From assembly GCA_038153405.1 (NCBI GenBank), contig JAYOYH010000006.1, positions 47,894 to 111,893 of the forward strand: DNA of 64,000 nucleotides. Reading direction: 5' to 3'. Shown here piece after piece: positions 1 to 9,607 of the stretch; position 1 is the first letter of the stretch; the number at the start of each line of letters is the position of its first letter. Below the pieces are notes generated by a model. The model made no database searches. It had not been told where the DNA came from and saw only the letters and a program-made list of their open reading frames with translations. A program made the translations under genes and the position numbers. This DNA is from Gemmatimonadota bacterium (GTDB lineage Bacteria > Latescibacterota > UBA2968 > UBA8231).

Positions 1-127
1 GGTCCCGTTATCCGCTCCGGTGTCCGTGCCCGCGTCGGTCCCGTTATCCGCTCCGGTATCCGTGCCCGCGTCGGTCCCGTTATCCGCTCCGGTGTCCGTG
101 CCCGCGTCGGTCCCGTTATCCGCTCCG
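1..127. repeat. 36-bp tandem repeat, about 3.5 copies visible, coding
   Basis: GGTCCCGTTATCCGCTCCGGT(G/A)TCCGTGCCCGCGTC at 1, 37 and 73, partial at 109; no spacers. Confidence 0.95.
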
Positions 128-573
128 CCTTCATCGGGTGGATCGCCCAGACCGGGAATCTCGCGGGTGAGCAATAGATCGACTTCTACGAGCGTCGTGT
201 CGCCTTCGGTTATGGTGATATTTTCCATACTGCCTTCGAATAGCAGTTCGCCGTCGGTATCGTAGCCACGCAGCGTCAGCGAAAACCCTGGTCCGGGTGC
301 AGACGTGCCGATAAAGCCCGTCGCTGGTCCCAGCGGCGATATATCCAATTCCTTGGTAATAGTGGGCGACCCAGGGCCCGCCAAGACGGCTTCCACGCGC
401 GATACGACGATGGCCAGCGCCTTTGCCATGGGAATGCGCAGGGCAATCGAGGCGACCGGTTGCTCGTCGTGCTGGGCGCGGATGTCGTAGGGATTGCTGC
501 GCTCCAATTCACCGCATCCACCGTGCAGTGTTCCGAGAGCGATCGCGAGTAGAATAGGTCGAATATCGATCAT
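1..573 (-). CDS. Putative lipoprotein with acidic 12-aa tandem repeat, truncated at the window edge
   Basis: Manual translation from ATG at 573: MIDIRPILLAIALGTLHGGC (lipobox-like Cys)...PPDEGG then ADNGTDAGTDTG repeats; frame open to position 1; absent from the ORF track because no stop lies in the window. Confidence 0.8.
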   Translation of the reverse strand, partial: MIDIRPILLAIALGTLHGGCGELERSNPYDIRAQHDEQPVASIALRIPMAKALAIVVSRVEAVLAGPGSPTITKELDISPLGPATGFIGTSAPGPGFSLTLRGYDTDGELLFEGSMENITITEGDTTLVEVDLLLTREIPGLGDPPDEGGADNGTDAGTDTGADNGTDAGTDTGADNGTDAGTDTGADNGT

Positions 574-679
574 AAATTATTTTCTTTCCCCGTGCATAAT
601 GTACGCGGTTGCACGGTAGATCACCACCGTTTTCTATTCCTTGACAGCGGAGTACGCGCCGCGTACCGTCTCTTGTGAT

Positions 680-1972
680 ATGCGTATAATACTGCCGTTT
701 CTATTCCCTTTTTTGCTGGCCTCTTGCATCGGCCCCTTCGCCGGAAAAAAGACCGACCCATGGTTGGCTGGTCCTCCCGTTCTGACGGGGCAGTTCAACG
801 GCGAGTCGTCCACCGTCCACCTTCGCTGGCCCTCAGCGGCTGAACGGGGCTTTCTGCGCTACGAAGTGCAGCGCCAGATCGACGGCCAATTTAGCCCCGT
901 TGCCGAAGTACAAGGGCGCCTTGATACGGCGTTTGTCGATGAGCGGGTCGAGTCCAACGAGGTACACCGCTACCGCGTTGTCAGCTTTTTTGGCGCGGGC
1001 GATGCCGTGCACGAACTGGCTTCTACGACGGTTTCTGGGTCATTTCACTCCTTTGTCAATGCCTGGCAGACAGAAGCGGGCTTTGTGCCGACGCGTCTGG
1101 CCGTCAGTCGCAGCGGCGTGGTGCATGTGGTTGGGGCCGGCAGCGGCCGAGTGCAGCGCTATGACCGAGCCGGTAACCCCCTTGCCGCTCTCATCTACGC
1201 CGAAGGCCGACTTGCTTGCATGGAAACGAGCACGCTCGATGGCCCGGCGCTCGCCCTCGACGCCGACGACAATCTCTACGTGGCCTATAACCTCCTTCGC
1301 GCAGAAGGGGGGCCGCGCGCCTACTGGAGCAAGTACGACGCCGACGCGCGCTTGCTGTGGACGCGTCCATTGGAGGGCCTTTTTGCGCGCCATATCGTCG
1401 TCAGCGGCGATGACGTCTTTATCGAGAGCATCAGCCAACTGCAGCTTTTTGACCGCGACGGCGAGCGCAAAACGCAGTACTTAATACCCGCGCTCTTGGT
1501 CTCTAGCTTGCGCATGTGGCAGGGGCGTTTCGCCGCACTGATCGAGCCGGTGTCGCTGTTGGAAAGCGACTGGCAGACGCCGCGCTTGGTCGTCTACGAC
1601 ACGGCCGATCGCAGGACCGCCCGCCAGGTGCTGGGCCGGGACGAGAAGTCGCATATGGACCGCGGTCCCGGCGTGCTGCGCCGTCCGACGGATTTTGCCG
1701 TCGATGAAGCGCTAAATCGCGCTTTTGTCGTCAATGCGGGCCAGGATCGAATTGAGGTTTTCCGCGATGAAAAATACGCCACGCGCTGGGGGCGCCCAGG
1801 CGACGGCGCGGGCGAATTCCGCTTTGCCGGCTCGGTTGAAGTAGTCGAGGAGATGAACAGTGGCCGCACGAGCATGCGCCCGGTGGTAGCCGGCGGTATC
1901 GCGCGCGATGCCGCCGGCTACATATACGTCGCCGATTCGTTTAACGACCGCATTCAAAAATTCCAGCCATGA
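680..1972 (+). CDS. Lipoprotein with Fn3-like domain and NHL-repeat beta-propeller
   Basis: MRIILPFLFPFLLASC lipobox; LRW..YEVQR..YRV Fn3 pattern; GIARDAAGYIYVADSFNDRIQKF NHL repeat. Confidence 0.75.
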   Translation: MRIILPFLFPFLLASCIGPFAGKKTDPWLAGPPVLTGQFNGESSTVHLRWPSAAERGFLRYEVQRQIDGQFSPVAEVQGRLDTAFVDERVESNEVHRYRVVSFFGAGDAVHELASTTVSGSFHSFVNAWQTEAGFVPTRLAVSRSGVVHVVGAGSGRVQRYDRAGNPLAALIYAEGRLACMETSTLDGPALALDADDNLYVAYNLLRAEGGPRAYWSKYDADARLLWTRPLEGLFARHIVVSGDDVFIESISQLQLFDRDGERKTQYLIPALLVSSLRMWQGRFAALIEPVSLLESDWQTPRLVVYDTADRRTARQVLGRDEKSHMDRGPGVLRRPTDFAVDEALNRAFVVNAGQDRIEVFRDEKYATRWGRPGDGAGEFRFAGSVEVVEEMNSGRTSMRPVVAGGIARDAAGYIYVADSFNDRIQKFQP

Positions 1973-2898
1973 TCTACGCGCGCGCACTGCTGCTTGCCGC
2001 GCTGTGCTGCTCTGTTCAGCCAGCCGAGGCAAAGGGTGGCTATAACGTGTGGGCGAAAGAAAAAATTCGCTATCTAAACAGCCGCATTATTCGCGACCCC
2101 TACAATCCACAGCTGCGCTTGCTGATGGCCAATGCCTACATCGAGGACGGCCGAAAATACGACGCCAAGCAGGAGCTACACCGCGCTTTGGAGTTGGATT
2201 CGACCTTTGCCGAAGCCTATTGTAATCTGGGCGTCGTCTTGCACAGCCAGGGCTATATCGAAGAGGCAAAAGCCCATTACGAGACGGCATTGACGCTGGA
2301 TTCGACGATCGTCGAGGCGCGTGCCGGGTTGGGTACCTTGCTGTGTCGCAGCGGCCACCAGGCCGAGGGGTTGGAGCATCTGGAGGAAGTAATTCGCCTA
2401 GATCCAGATCACTTGGGCGCACTCTACAATATGGCCGTTGCCTATCACCAGGTGGAAGACTACAAAAAGGCGATCGGATACCTCGAAGTGTTGGTCGGTC
2501 TGCGCGAAGACTATCCAGGGGCCAAGATCAGCCTGGCGCGCGCCTACTACAGCCTGGGGCTGTTGCGCCTGCAGGCCGAGCAGGCGCAGTTGGCCGTCGA
2601 CGCATTGGAAAAGGCCGTTTTTTACGAGGAACGCAACAGCAATATGTTTTTTGCCAAGGGGCTTGCCCACCTCGAATCCGACGATCTTCAGGCGGCTGAG
2701 CTCGCCTTTAAGAGGGCCGTTGAGATTGAGCGGGACTACATTCCCGCCCTGCATAATCTGGGGTTGGTATACGAGCGACAGGGAAGGCTCGACGAGGCGG
2801 AGGCCGCCTATTTGCGGGTGCAGGAACTGGCGCCGCACATGTCGTCGATCGAAGCGGTCAAACACACCACCTACAACGTGAAATACCTAGTGGAGTAA
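1969..2898 (+). CDS. Secreted TPR-repeat protein
   Basis: Signal peptide; AYCNLGVVL, ALYNMAVAY and ALHNLGLVY TPR units; ATGA overlap with the upstream gene. Confidence 0.85.
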   Translation: MIYARALLLAALCCSVQPAEAKGGYNVWAKEKIRYLNSRIIRDPYNPQLRLLMANAYIEDGRKYDAKQELHRALELDSTFAEAYCNLGVVLHSQGYIEEAKAHYETALTLDSTIVEARAGLGTLLCRSGHQAEGLEHLEEVIRLDPDHLGALYNMAVAYHQVEDYKKAIGYLEVLVGLREDYPGAKISLARAYYSLGLLRLQAEQAQLAVDALEKAVFYEERNSNMFFAKGLAHLESDDLQAAELAFKRAVEIERDYIPALHNLGLVYERQGRLDEAEAAYLRVQELAPHMSSIEAVKHTTYNVKYLVE

Positions 2899-2920
2899 AT
2901 CGTCATCGGGCGTGCTGTCG

Positions 2921-2949
2921 TTGACTTTTTTTCGGCGAATACGTACACT
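2921..2949 (+). promoter_or_regulatory. Sigma70-type promoter upstream of infA
   Basis: TTGACT-17 bp-TACACT. Confidence 0.6.
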
Positions 2950-3113
2950 TTACCCACTGTCCACGCCACTGAAGGACACGTGGCACACGCATCCACTGGT
3001 GAGCGGTATTGGGCCGCTGATGTTTCACTTTTCGCGCTTATGGCGCAGGCAGGCGAGTAGCTGTCTGGGAGTGCACTCAGCGGCGGCTCGCCCTTTTTGC
3101 ATAAGGCAAAGAA

Positions 3114-3332
3114 ATGGCCAAAGAAGAGGCGATTGAAGTTCAGGCGGTGGTCAAAGAAGCGCTGCCTAACGGCTACTTCAAGTGCGAAATGGAAAACGGC
3201 CACGAGATATTGGCCCACATTTCCGGCAAAATGCGCAAGTATTACATACGCGTATTGCCGGGAGATCAGGTCACCGTAGCGCTCTCTCCCTACGACCTGA
3301 CGCGGGGGCGCATCACGTTTCGCAACCGTTGA
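3114..3332 (+). CDS. infA: Translation initiation factor IF-1
   Basis: 72 aa, MAKEEAIEV...[34 protein letters not shown]. Confidence 0.98.
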   Translation: MAKEEAIEVQAVVKEALPNGYFKCEMENGHEILAHISGKMRKYYIRVLPGDQVTVALSPYDLTRGRITFRNR

Positions 3333-3461
3333 TCTGCGCTGTCCGTCGCACCCTTTAGTACGCATACTCCCACCTTAAGCTCAGGCAGTTGTGCGTCTGC
3401 TGCCGCGCTGTCCCCACCCTAATACCACGCGAATAAATAGCATACTCTAAGCGGGTTGGCC

Positions 3462-3752
3462 ATGATTACAATAGGCATGTATTACGAGGTTTTAGAGGGC
3501 AAAGAGCAAGTGTTTGAAAAAGCCTTTGCCAGCGTGTTAAGCGCACTACAGGAGGCAGAAGCGCATCGAACATCGCGCCTATTGCGCGACGTATTTGCAG
3601 AGCGCAGTTACGTAATTATGTCGGAGTGGGCCAGCGAAGAAGCGTTCAATCAATTTTTGGCATCGCCGGAGTTTGCGCGCGTAGTCAACTGGGGCAGGGA
3701 ACAGGTATTGGCGACGCGCCCGCAGCACGTGGTCTATCGCGGCGACGAGTAA
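3462..3752 (+). CDS. Antibiotic biosynthesis monooxygenase (ABM) domain protein
   Basis: About 96 aa; GKEQVFEKAF...YVIMSEWASEEAF pattern. Confidence 0.8.
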   Translation: MITIGMYYEVLEGKEQVFEKAFASVLSALQEAEAHRTSRLLRDVFAERSYVIMSEWASEEAFNQFLASPEFARVVNWGREQVLATRPQHVVYRGDE

Positions 3753-3765
3753 AAAGAGGACACTT

Positions 3766-5340
3766 ATGTCTATAGAAAGCGAAAGCAACTACAAGGCATG
3801 GCCCTTCCGGGAAGCGGCGCAAATTCTCAAGCAGCGCCGTCCCGACGGTGGCCGCCCCGTGCTCTTTGAAACGGGCTTTGGCCCGAGCGGCTTGCCGCAT
3901 ATCGGCACCTTTGCCGAAGTGGCGCGCACGACGTGGGTGCGCAATGCACTCGAGGAGATAAGCGGCATAGAGACGCGCTTAATCGCTTTCAGCGACGATA
4001 TGGACGGTCTGCGCAAAGTGCCGCTCAATCTGCCGCAGCCGGAGATGCTGGCCCAGCACTTGGGCAAGCCGTTGCACGCCATTCCGGATCCCTTCGGCGA
4101 GCGGGATAGCTTCAGCGGCTACATGAACGACAAGCTGAAAAAGTTTCTCGATACCTATCGCTTCGACTACGAGTTCCAGTCTTCTGCCGAAGCCTATACG
4201 CGCGGCGATTTCGACGAGGGTTTGAGCATTCTACTGGATAGGGTTGAAGATGTGCGTGCGCTTATCGTGCCGACGCTGGGCGAAGACAAACGCGAGCAGT
4301 GGTCGCCGTTTTTCCCCCTGTGTCCGGAGTGTGGCTCTGTCTACAACACGCGGGTGACGGGTTATTTTCCTGAGCGCCGTTCCGTTGGCTTTGCCTGCGA
4401 TGGTGCGGTTGGCGATGTGCGCGGATGCGGCGCTTATGGCGAAGTATCCGTGCTGGGTGGACAGGTAAAGGTGGGTTGGAAGGTGGACTGGGCGCTGCGC
4501 TGGTTTACCTACGAAGTGGACTACGAAATGTACGGCAAGGACCTGATCGAATCGGCCAAGCTGTCCGGGCGCATCGTCCGCTTAATGGGCAAGCAGCCGC
4601 CCGTGGGATTGACCTACGAACTCTTTCTCGACGAAGAGGGCAAGAAGATAAGCAAGAGCGTCGGCAAGGGGCTAACGGTAGATACGTGGGTACAGTACGC
4701 GCCGATCGAGTCGCTGCTCTACTATATCTATCAAAACCCTCAGCGCGCGCGGCGCCTCTACTGGGACGTGGTGCCCAAGTGCGTCGATGACTATCTCGAT
4801 GCGCTGCGCCGCTATGCGGACGTGCCCGAAGAGAAGAGGCCCGAACAAGACGTGTGGCATATCGGCCAGCGCGGTTCGTCCGTCCCCGAGTACGGCGCGC
4901 AGGTTAATTTTTCGATGGTCAACAACCTAATTTCCGCACTGGGAGCCGACTCGGCTGAACTGTTGGTCGACTATATAGAGCGCTACGACGCCAAGGCCAA
5001 TGCCTATCAAGATGTGGCGAGGGCCCTAGTCGAAAAGGGGCTCAACTACTACCGAGACTTCGTGTTGCCCAACAAGAAGTTTCGCCAAGCCAGCACCGGT
5101 GAGCGCGCGCTGTTGCAGCAGATATCCGATCGCTTGAAGGGGGCCGACGGGCTCGATGAAAACGAGCTGCAGGGCATTCCTTTTGATATCGCCCGCGCTG
5201 CCGATATGGAGCCAAAGGACCTGTTCCGCCTGTTCTATGAGGTCGTATTGGGTCAGGAACGCGGGCCGCGCTTTGGCTCTTTTGCGCGCATGGTGGGCAT
5301 CGACAACGTGCGCGAAATGGTGAGTGCGCGCATAGCCTAA
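3766..5340 (+). CDS. lysS: Class I lysyl-tRNA synthetase
   Basis: GPSGLPHIGT (HIGH-like), SDDMDGLRKVP, CPECG, WKVDW, KISKS (KMSKS-like), GPRFG. Confidence 0.95.
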   Translation: MSIESESNYKAWPFREAAQILKQRRPDGGRPVLFETGFGPSGLPHIGTFAEVARTTWVRNALEEISGIETRLIAFSDDMDGLRKVPLNLPQPEMLAQHLGKPLHAIPDPFGERDSFSGYMNDKLKKFLDTYRFDYEFQSSAEAYTRGDFDEGLSILLDRVEDVRALIVPTLGEDKREQWSPFFPLCPECGSVYNTRVTGYFPERRSVGFACDGAVGDVRGCGAYGEVSVLGGQVKVGWKVDWALRWFTYEVDYEMYGKDLIESAKLSGRIVRLMGKQPPVGLTYELFLDEEGKKISKSVGKGLTVDTWVQYAPIESLLYYIYQNPQRARRLYWDVVPKCVDDYLDALRRYADVPEEKRPEQDVWHIGQRGSSVPEYGAQVNFSMVNNLISALGADSAELLVDYIERYDAKANAYQDVARALVEKGLNYYRDFVLPNKKFRQASTGERALLQQISDRLKGADGLDENELQGIPFDIARAADMEPKDLFRLFYEVVLGQERGPRFGSFARMVGIDNVREMVSARIA

Positions 5341-5356
5341 GCGCGCGTCGGTCGCC

Positions 5357-6325
5357 ATGGCTGAGCAGCAGGACCTCTTTGCCGAAATCTTACCACCGCC
5401 CAAGCCGCGCCACGTAGAGCGCCTGCTGCGTGTGCAAGAGGGGCTTCCCGCTGCACTGCACTTGGGGACGACTAGTTGGAGTAACGAAGACTGGCGGGGG
5501 CTGATCTATCCAGAAGATTGCGCCCCTGCCGATTACATCGAGCACTACGCCAACGTCTTTGGTTGCGTGGAAATCGACTCCACCTGGTACCGCATTCCCA
5601 CCGCCAATGCCGTAGAGGGTTGGCTGCGGCGCACGAGCGAGACCTTCCGTTTTGCCGCTAAAATTCCGCGCGTAATATCGCACGAGAAGGGCATGGTCGA
5701 TTGCCTGAGTGAGATGGAGGCGTTTCTGGCGGCGATGGAGCCGCTGGGGCCTCGGCTCGGTCCGCTGGTCATGCAGTTTCCCTACGTCGCGCGCGGCCAG
5801 GACGCGCACGAAAGCGCGCACGGCGCCGATTTTATGGCGCGTCTTGAACAATTCCTGCCGCAGCTGCCAACGCGAGAATTTCAGTTTGCCGTCGAAGTGC
5901 GCAATGCGCGCTGGGTTGGCGATGAATTGCTGGCTATTCTGCGCGACAATAACGCGGCACTCGTCCTCAACAACTACTACACCATGCCCCAGTTAGGCTC
6001 GCTGCGCCAGCGCATGGACCTGCAGACGACTGACTTTCTCTACGTGCGCTTTCTGGGCGATCGCAAGAAGATGGACGACTACGTCGAGGGAATGATTGCG
6101 CGCGGCGAGAAAGAGCGCCACTGGGACGGGCTCTTATGGGAACGCGGTGCCGAGTTGGCCAGTTGGGTAGAGCACTTACAGCATATGGTCGGCGCACAGC
6201 CCGACCGCGATGTCTACGCCTTTTTCAACAACCACTACGCCGGCTATGCTCCGGGCTCGCTCGGCATGTTCGCCAAAGAGTGGAAGCGCAGGGCGGATTG
6301 GGCGCCGGTCCGGTCTGAAGGCTAG
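5357..6325 (+). CDS. DUF72 (YecE-like) protein
   Basis: GTTSWS..DW.G..YP, VEIDSTWYRIP, AVEVR, YVRF.G, FNNHYAG. Confidence 0.92.
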   Translation: MAEQQDLFAEILPPPKPRHVERLLRVQEGLPAALHLGTTSWSNEDWRGLIYPEDCAPADYIEHYANVFGCVEIDSTWYRIPTANAVEGWLRRTSETFRFAAKIPRVISHEKGMVDCLSEMEAFLAAMEPLGPRLGPLVMQFPYVARGQDAHESAHGADFMARLEQFLPQLPTREFQFAVEVRNARWVGDELLAILRDNNAALVLNNYYTMPQLGSLRQRMDLQTTDFLYVRFLGDRKKMDDYVEGMIARGEKERHWDGLLWERGAELASWVEHLQHMVGAQPDRDVYAFFNNHYAGYAPGSLGMFAKEWKRRADWAPVRSEG

Positions 6326-6621
6326 ACCGGCAGCTTTATTTTCGGCTCGTCCGGATCGGGGCGGTAGAGCAGCAAGGTGTGGCCTAGCACCTGCACAAGA
6401 TGGGCCGCACAGGCCTGGGCCAGCTGGTGACCGGCCTCTTTGCGCTGTAGATCACAGCTTTTTTCTATGCGAATTTTTATCAACTCGCGGTTGTTAAATG
6501 CCTCGCCAAGTGAATGCACCAGGGCATCGCTAATGCCCTCTTTGCCCAAATAGACCGTCGGCTTAATGGTGTTGCCCTGCCCGCGCAGATAGCGGCGCTG
6601 CTTCCCGCTTAATTCTTCCAT
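6322..6621 (-). CDS. yhbY: YhbY/CRM-domain ribosome assembly RNA-binding protein
   Basis: LSGKQRRYLR..G..IKP.V.LGKEGI...ELIKIRI...VQVLGHTLLLYR; start taken as ATG at 6621. Confidence 0.92.
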   Translation of the reverse strand: MEELSGKQRRYLRGQGNTIKPTVYLGKEGISDALVHSLGEAFNNRELIKIRIEKSCDLQRKEAGHQLAQACAAHLVQVLGHTLLLYRPDPDEPKIKLPV

Positions 6622-6625
6622 ATCG

Positions 6626-7024
6626 TTACAATACCGTGAAATGAGTGTGAACGGCTCCTCGGCGTATGCGCCGCGCAATAGCCTCGCGGAGTGCGTTGCG
6701 AATGGGACGCCGGGTCATAGGTAATAGAACGCAGAAGCCGATGGCGTCGGTGATGATGCCAGGAGTGAGCAGCAGCAGGCCGCCGGACAAGACGAGCGCG
6801 CCGTCGAGTAGTGCATCGCCCGGCGACTGGCCGCCGCCGATGCTTTGGCGCAAGCGCCTAAAGACGAGCAAGCCCTGGCTGCGCGCTAGCGCCGCACCGG
6901 CCGCGCCGGTTATGAACACGAGTGCAATGGTGGAGAGGGAGCCGATGTGACGTCCCACTTCAATGAGCAAAGCCAGTTCGGCAATAGGGACCAGCGTGAA
7001 GAGGAGAAATAATTTGAGGAGCAT
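6626..7024 (-). CDS. fxsA: FxsA family membrane protein
   Basis: LF.LVPIAELALLIEVG...GGLLLLTPGIITDAIG; start at ATG 7024. Confidence 0.92.
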   Translation of the reverse strand: MLLKLFLLFTLVPIAELALLIEVGRHIGSLSTIALVFITGAAGAALARSQGLLVFRRLRQSIGGGQSPGDALLDGALVLSGGLLLLTPGIITDAIGFCVLLPMTRRPIRNALREAIARRIRRGAVHTHFTVL

Positions 7025-7089
7025 GGTAAAAATATACGCCGTGCGGATAGGGCTGTCGAGATGGTATGGTATTTGCCGGACGTGGCGCC

Positions 7090-9534
7090 ATGGGACAGAA
7101 TGCACTGCTGCGTCGTCGGCCCGGTTTGTGGATTGCGCTGGCCTTCGCCATCGGTATTGCGTGCACACACGGTGCGCTGCGGAGTGAATCGCTAACACCG
7201 CAGCTGTCTATCGCATGGGGCTGCATTGCGGGACTTACCCTGTTGGCATGGCTGGTGGCGCGCGTCGTTGGCTGTGCGCGCTGGCGCGCCGATGCGGTGC
7301 TGCTAGTCGCTTTTGCCGCTGCCGGTGCGCTGCGTTACGGCGGCGCAACGCAGCTGTTACCTGCGCACCACATCACGCGCCATCCACAGCTCTTTGGCCA
7401 AGCCGTGCTGCGCGGGTTTGTAGACGGCGAGGTCGAGCATTTCGACGGGCGAACGCGCTTTGTACTTGCGCTGGACGAAGTCGAGGCGGACAGTGCGCTG
7501 TATCGCGCTGTCGGTCGCGTATTGGTGACGGTGCGCAGCGGTCAAGTCGACATGGACTGCGCGCAGCGCGCCGAAGTGCGCGGCTTTTTGCGCCGGCCTG
7601 CAGGCGCGCGCAATCCCGGCGCATTTGACTATCGCGCCTATTTGGCTGAGCGCGATATCGATGCGACGATTTCACTGCGTTCTTCCATCGCGCTGCGCAG
7701 GCTGACCGAGCGGCGTCCATGGCGGTGGGGTGAGCGCGCGGTACTCGCGCTGCGGCGCCACGTGCGCAGCGCCGTCGAGCAAAACCTGCAGGGCGCTCAG
7801 GCCGGGCTATTGCTGGGGTTGCTGCTGGGCGATAAAACGCAGATTCCGACCGATGTAAAAGATCATTTTCGCGCTGCAGGTCTATCGCATGCGCTGGTCG
7901 TAAGCGGCATGCACGCCGGCATTGTTGCCGCCTTTGTGCTGCAGGGGCTGCGCCTGCTGTCTCTGCCGACGTCGGTGCGCCATCTAGCGACGATGGGCGC
8001 GTTGGTGGCCTACGCGTTGCTGACGCAGCTACACGCACCGGTTGTGCGCGCGGCGGCCGTCGGCTGCATGGCCCTGGGCGGTGCCGTATTCGAGCGCGAC
8101 GGCGATGCATACAATTCGCTGGGATGGGCTGCCCTTTTTATCATGGCGCTGTGGCCGGCTAGTCTGTTGGGGCTGAGCTTTCAGCTTTCTTTTGCCGCTA
8201 CGCTGGCCATTGTCGGGCTGTATCAACCGCTGTTGCAGATGGTGCTGAGTGTCTGCGGGGAAGGTTATGGCGGATGGCATCGCTATATCGCGATGCCGCT
8301 GTGCGTTTCGCTAGCGGCTCAGCTGGGCACGGCGCCGCTGCTAGCGCTGCACTTTCAAGAGTGGGCACCGATTGGGCTGCTGGCTAACCTGATCGTTGCG
8401 CCGCTGTTGGCCGCTGCGCTAGGGCTGGGCATGCTGGCCGTGTTTAGCTATGGAGCATGGCCGCTGCTATGCGGCGTGTTTAATGCAGCCAATTATTGGG
8501 TGCTCAGTGTGCTGGTTGCCTTTGTCGAGCACAGCGCACAGTGGCCCGGTGCCGCGCTGAGCGTGCCGCGCCCGGACGCCGCATCGCTGCTGTTTTTTGC
8601 CCTTCTTCTCCTATTGGTGCCCCATCTCCGTGCGCACCGGTTCGCGCGCAAGGTCTTTGTCGCGATATTGCTGATCTGGTTCAATGTCGCCGCATGGGAA
8701 CGCGCCTTAGCCGATCGTCAGCTGCAGATTTTCTTTCTCGATGTCGGACAGGGCGACGCCGCCGTAGTGCGCATGCCCAACGGCATGGTAATGGTTGTCG
8801 ACGGCGGTCAGCGCAGCGTCGAATTCGACTACGGCGAGCGCGTGCTGGTGCCTTTTCTGCGCGCACACAATATGAGGCGCGTCGACGTCGTCGTTGCCAC
8901 GCACCCGCACAGCGACCATATCGGCGGGCTCGTCGCGCTGTTAGAGGATATACCCGTTGGTCACTATATCGATAGTGGCCAGCAATACGACTCGTGGACG
9001 GCGCGTCGCCTGCGTTCATTGATGCGAGAAAAGCGCGTTGTCTACCACCGCGTGGCGGCAGGTGACAGTCTATTGGGCATGGGAGACGTCGGGGGGCTCG
9101 TCATGCACCCGACGGCGGCCTTTGTCGATTCGCTGGGCGAGTCGATTCGCGGAGTGAACAACGGCTCGGTGGCGCTGAAGCTGAGCTACGGCGCGGTGGA
9201 TGTGCTTTTTACCGGCGATATAGAAGGCGAAACCGATGGGGCCATGCTCGCGTGGGGTTCCCGCCTGCAGGCCGAGGTGCTCAAAGTGGCCCATCACGGA
9301 TCTAAGACTTCTTCCAGCGCGCGCTTTCTCAGCGCCGTTAAGCCGCAGTGGGCTATTATTTCGGTTGGCGAATTCAACCGCTTCGGCCATCCGTCGGGCG
9401 CTGTGGTCTCTGCGCTGCAGGGCGTGGGGGCGTCTGTTTTGAGGACAGATCGCTGCGGCGCGGTCGTCCTGAGCAGCGACGGGCGCCGAATTGCCGTGAA
9501 TACGATGATCGATTGGGCTGCCGATATGCGCTGA
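7090..9534 (+). CDS. comEC: DNA internalisation competence protein ComEC/Rec2
   Basis: NPGAFDY, GLSHALVVSGMH, SFQLSF competence domain; LDVGQGD, HPHSDH, KVAHHGS metallo-beta-lactamase domain; alternative start 7066. Confidence 0.95.
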   Translation: MGQNALLRRRPGLWIALAFAIGIACTHGALRSESLTPQLSIAWGCIAGLTLLAWLVARVVGCARWRADAVLLVAFAAAGALRYGGATQLLPAHHITRHPQLFGQAVLRGFVDGEVEHFDGRTRFVLALDEVEADSALYRAVGRVLVTVRSGQVDMDCAQRAEVRGFLRRPAGARNPGAFDYRAYLAERDIDATISLRSSIALRRLTERRPWRWGERAVLALRRHVRSAVEQNLQGAQAGLLLGLLLGDKTQIPTDVKDHFRAAGLSHALVVSGMHAGIVAAFVLQGLRLLSLPTSVRHLATMGALVAYALLTQLHAPVVRAAAVGCMALGGAVFERDGDAYNSLGWAALFIMALWPASLLGLSFQLSFAATLAIVGLYQPLLQMVLSVCGEGYGGWHRYIAMPLCVSLAAQLGTAPLLALHFQEWAPIGLLANLIVAPLLAAALGLGMLAVFSYGAWPLLCGVFNAANYWVLSVLVAFVEHSAQWPGAALSVPRPDAASLLFFALLLLLVPHLRAHRFARKVFVAILLIWFNVAAWERALADRQLQIFFLDVGQGDAAVVRMPNGMVMVVDGGQRSVEFDYGERVLVPFLRAHNMRRVDVVVATHPHSDHIGGLVALLEDIPVGHYIDSGQQYDSWTARRLRSLMREKRVVYHRVAAGDSLLGMGDVGGLVMHPTAAFVDSLGESIRGVNNGSVALKLSYGAVDVLFTGDIEGETDGAMLAWGSRLQAEVLKVAHHGSKTSSSARFLSAVKPQWAIISVGEFNRFGHPSGAVVSALQGVGASVLRTDRCGAVVLSSDGRRIAVNTMIDWAADMR

Positions 9535-9607
9535 CCCATGGCTACGCCGCTGTCCTCTTTATATCGAGCAAAGTCCGTGCAGACGGGTGCGCCAAGAGCT
9601 GCGTGCG

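Noticed and set aside
1..127. 36-bp repeat as a CRISPR array
   Set aside because: Units are contiguous with no spacers, are in frame within a CDS, and no cas genes are present
20..265. Plus-strand 81-aa SVPASVPLSAP ORF
   Set aside because: Antisense shadow of the minus-strand lipoprotein repeat
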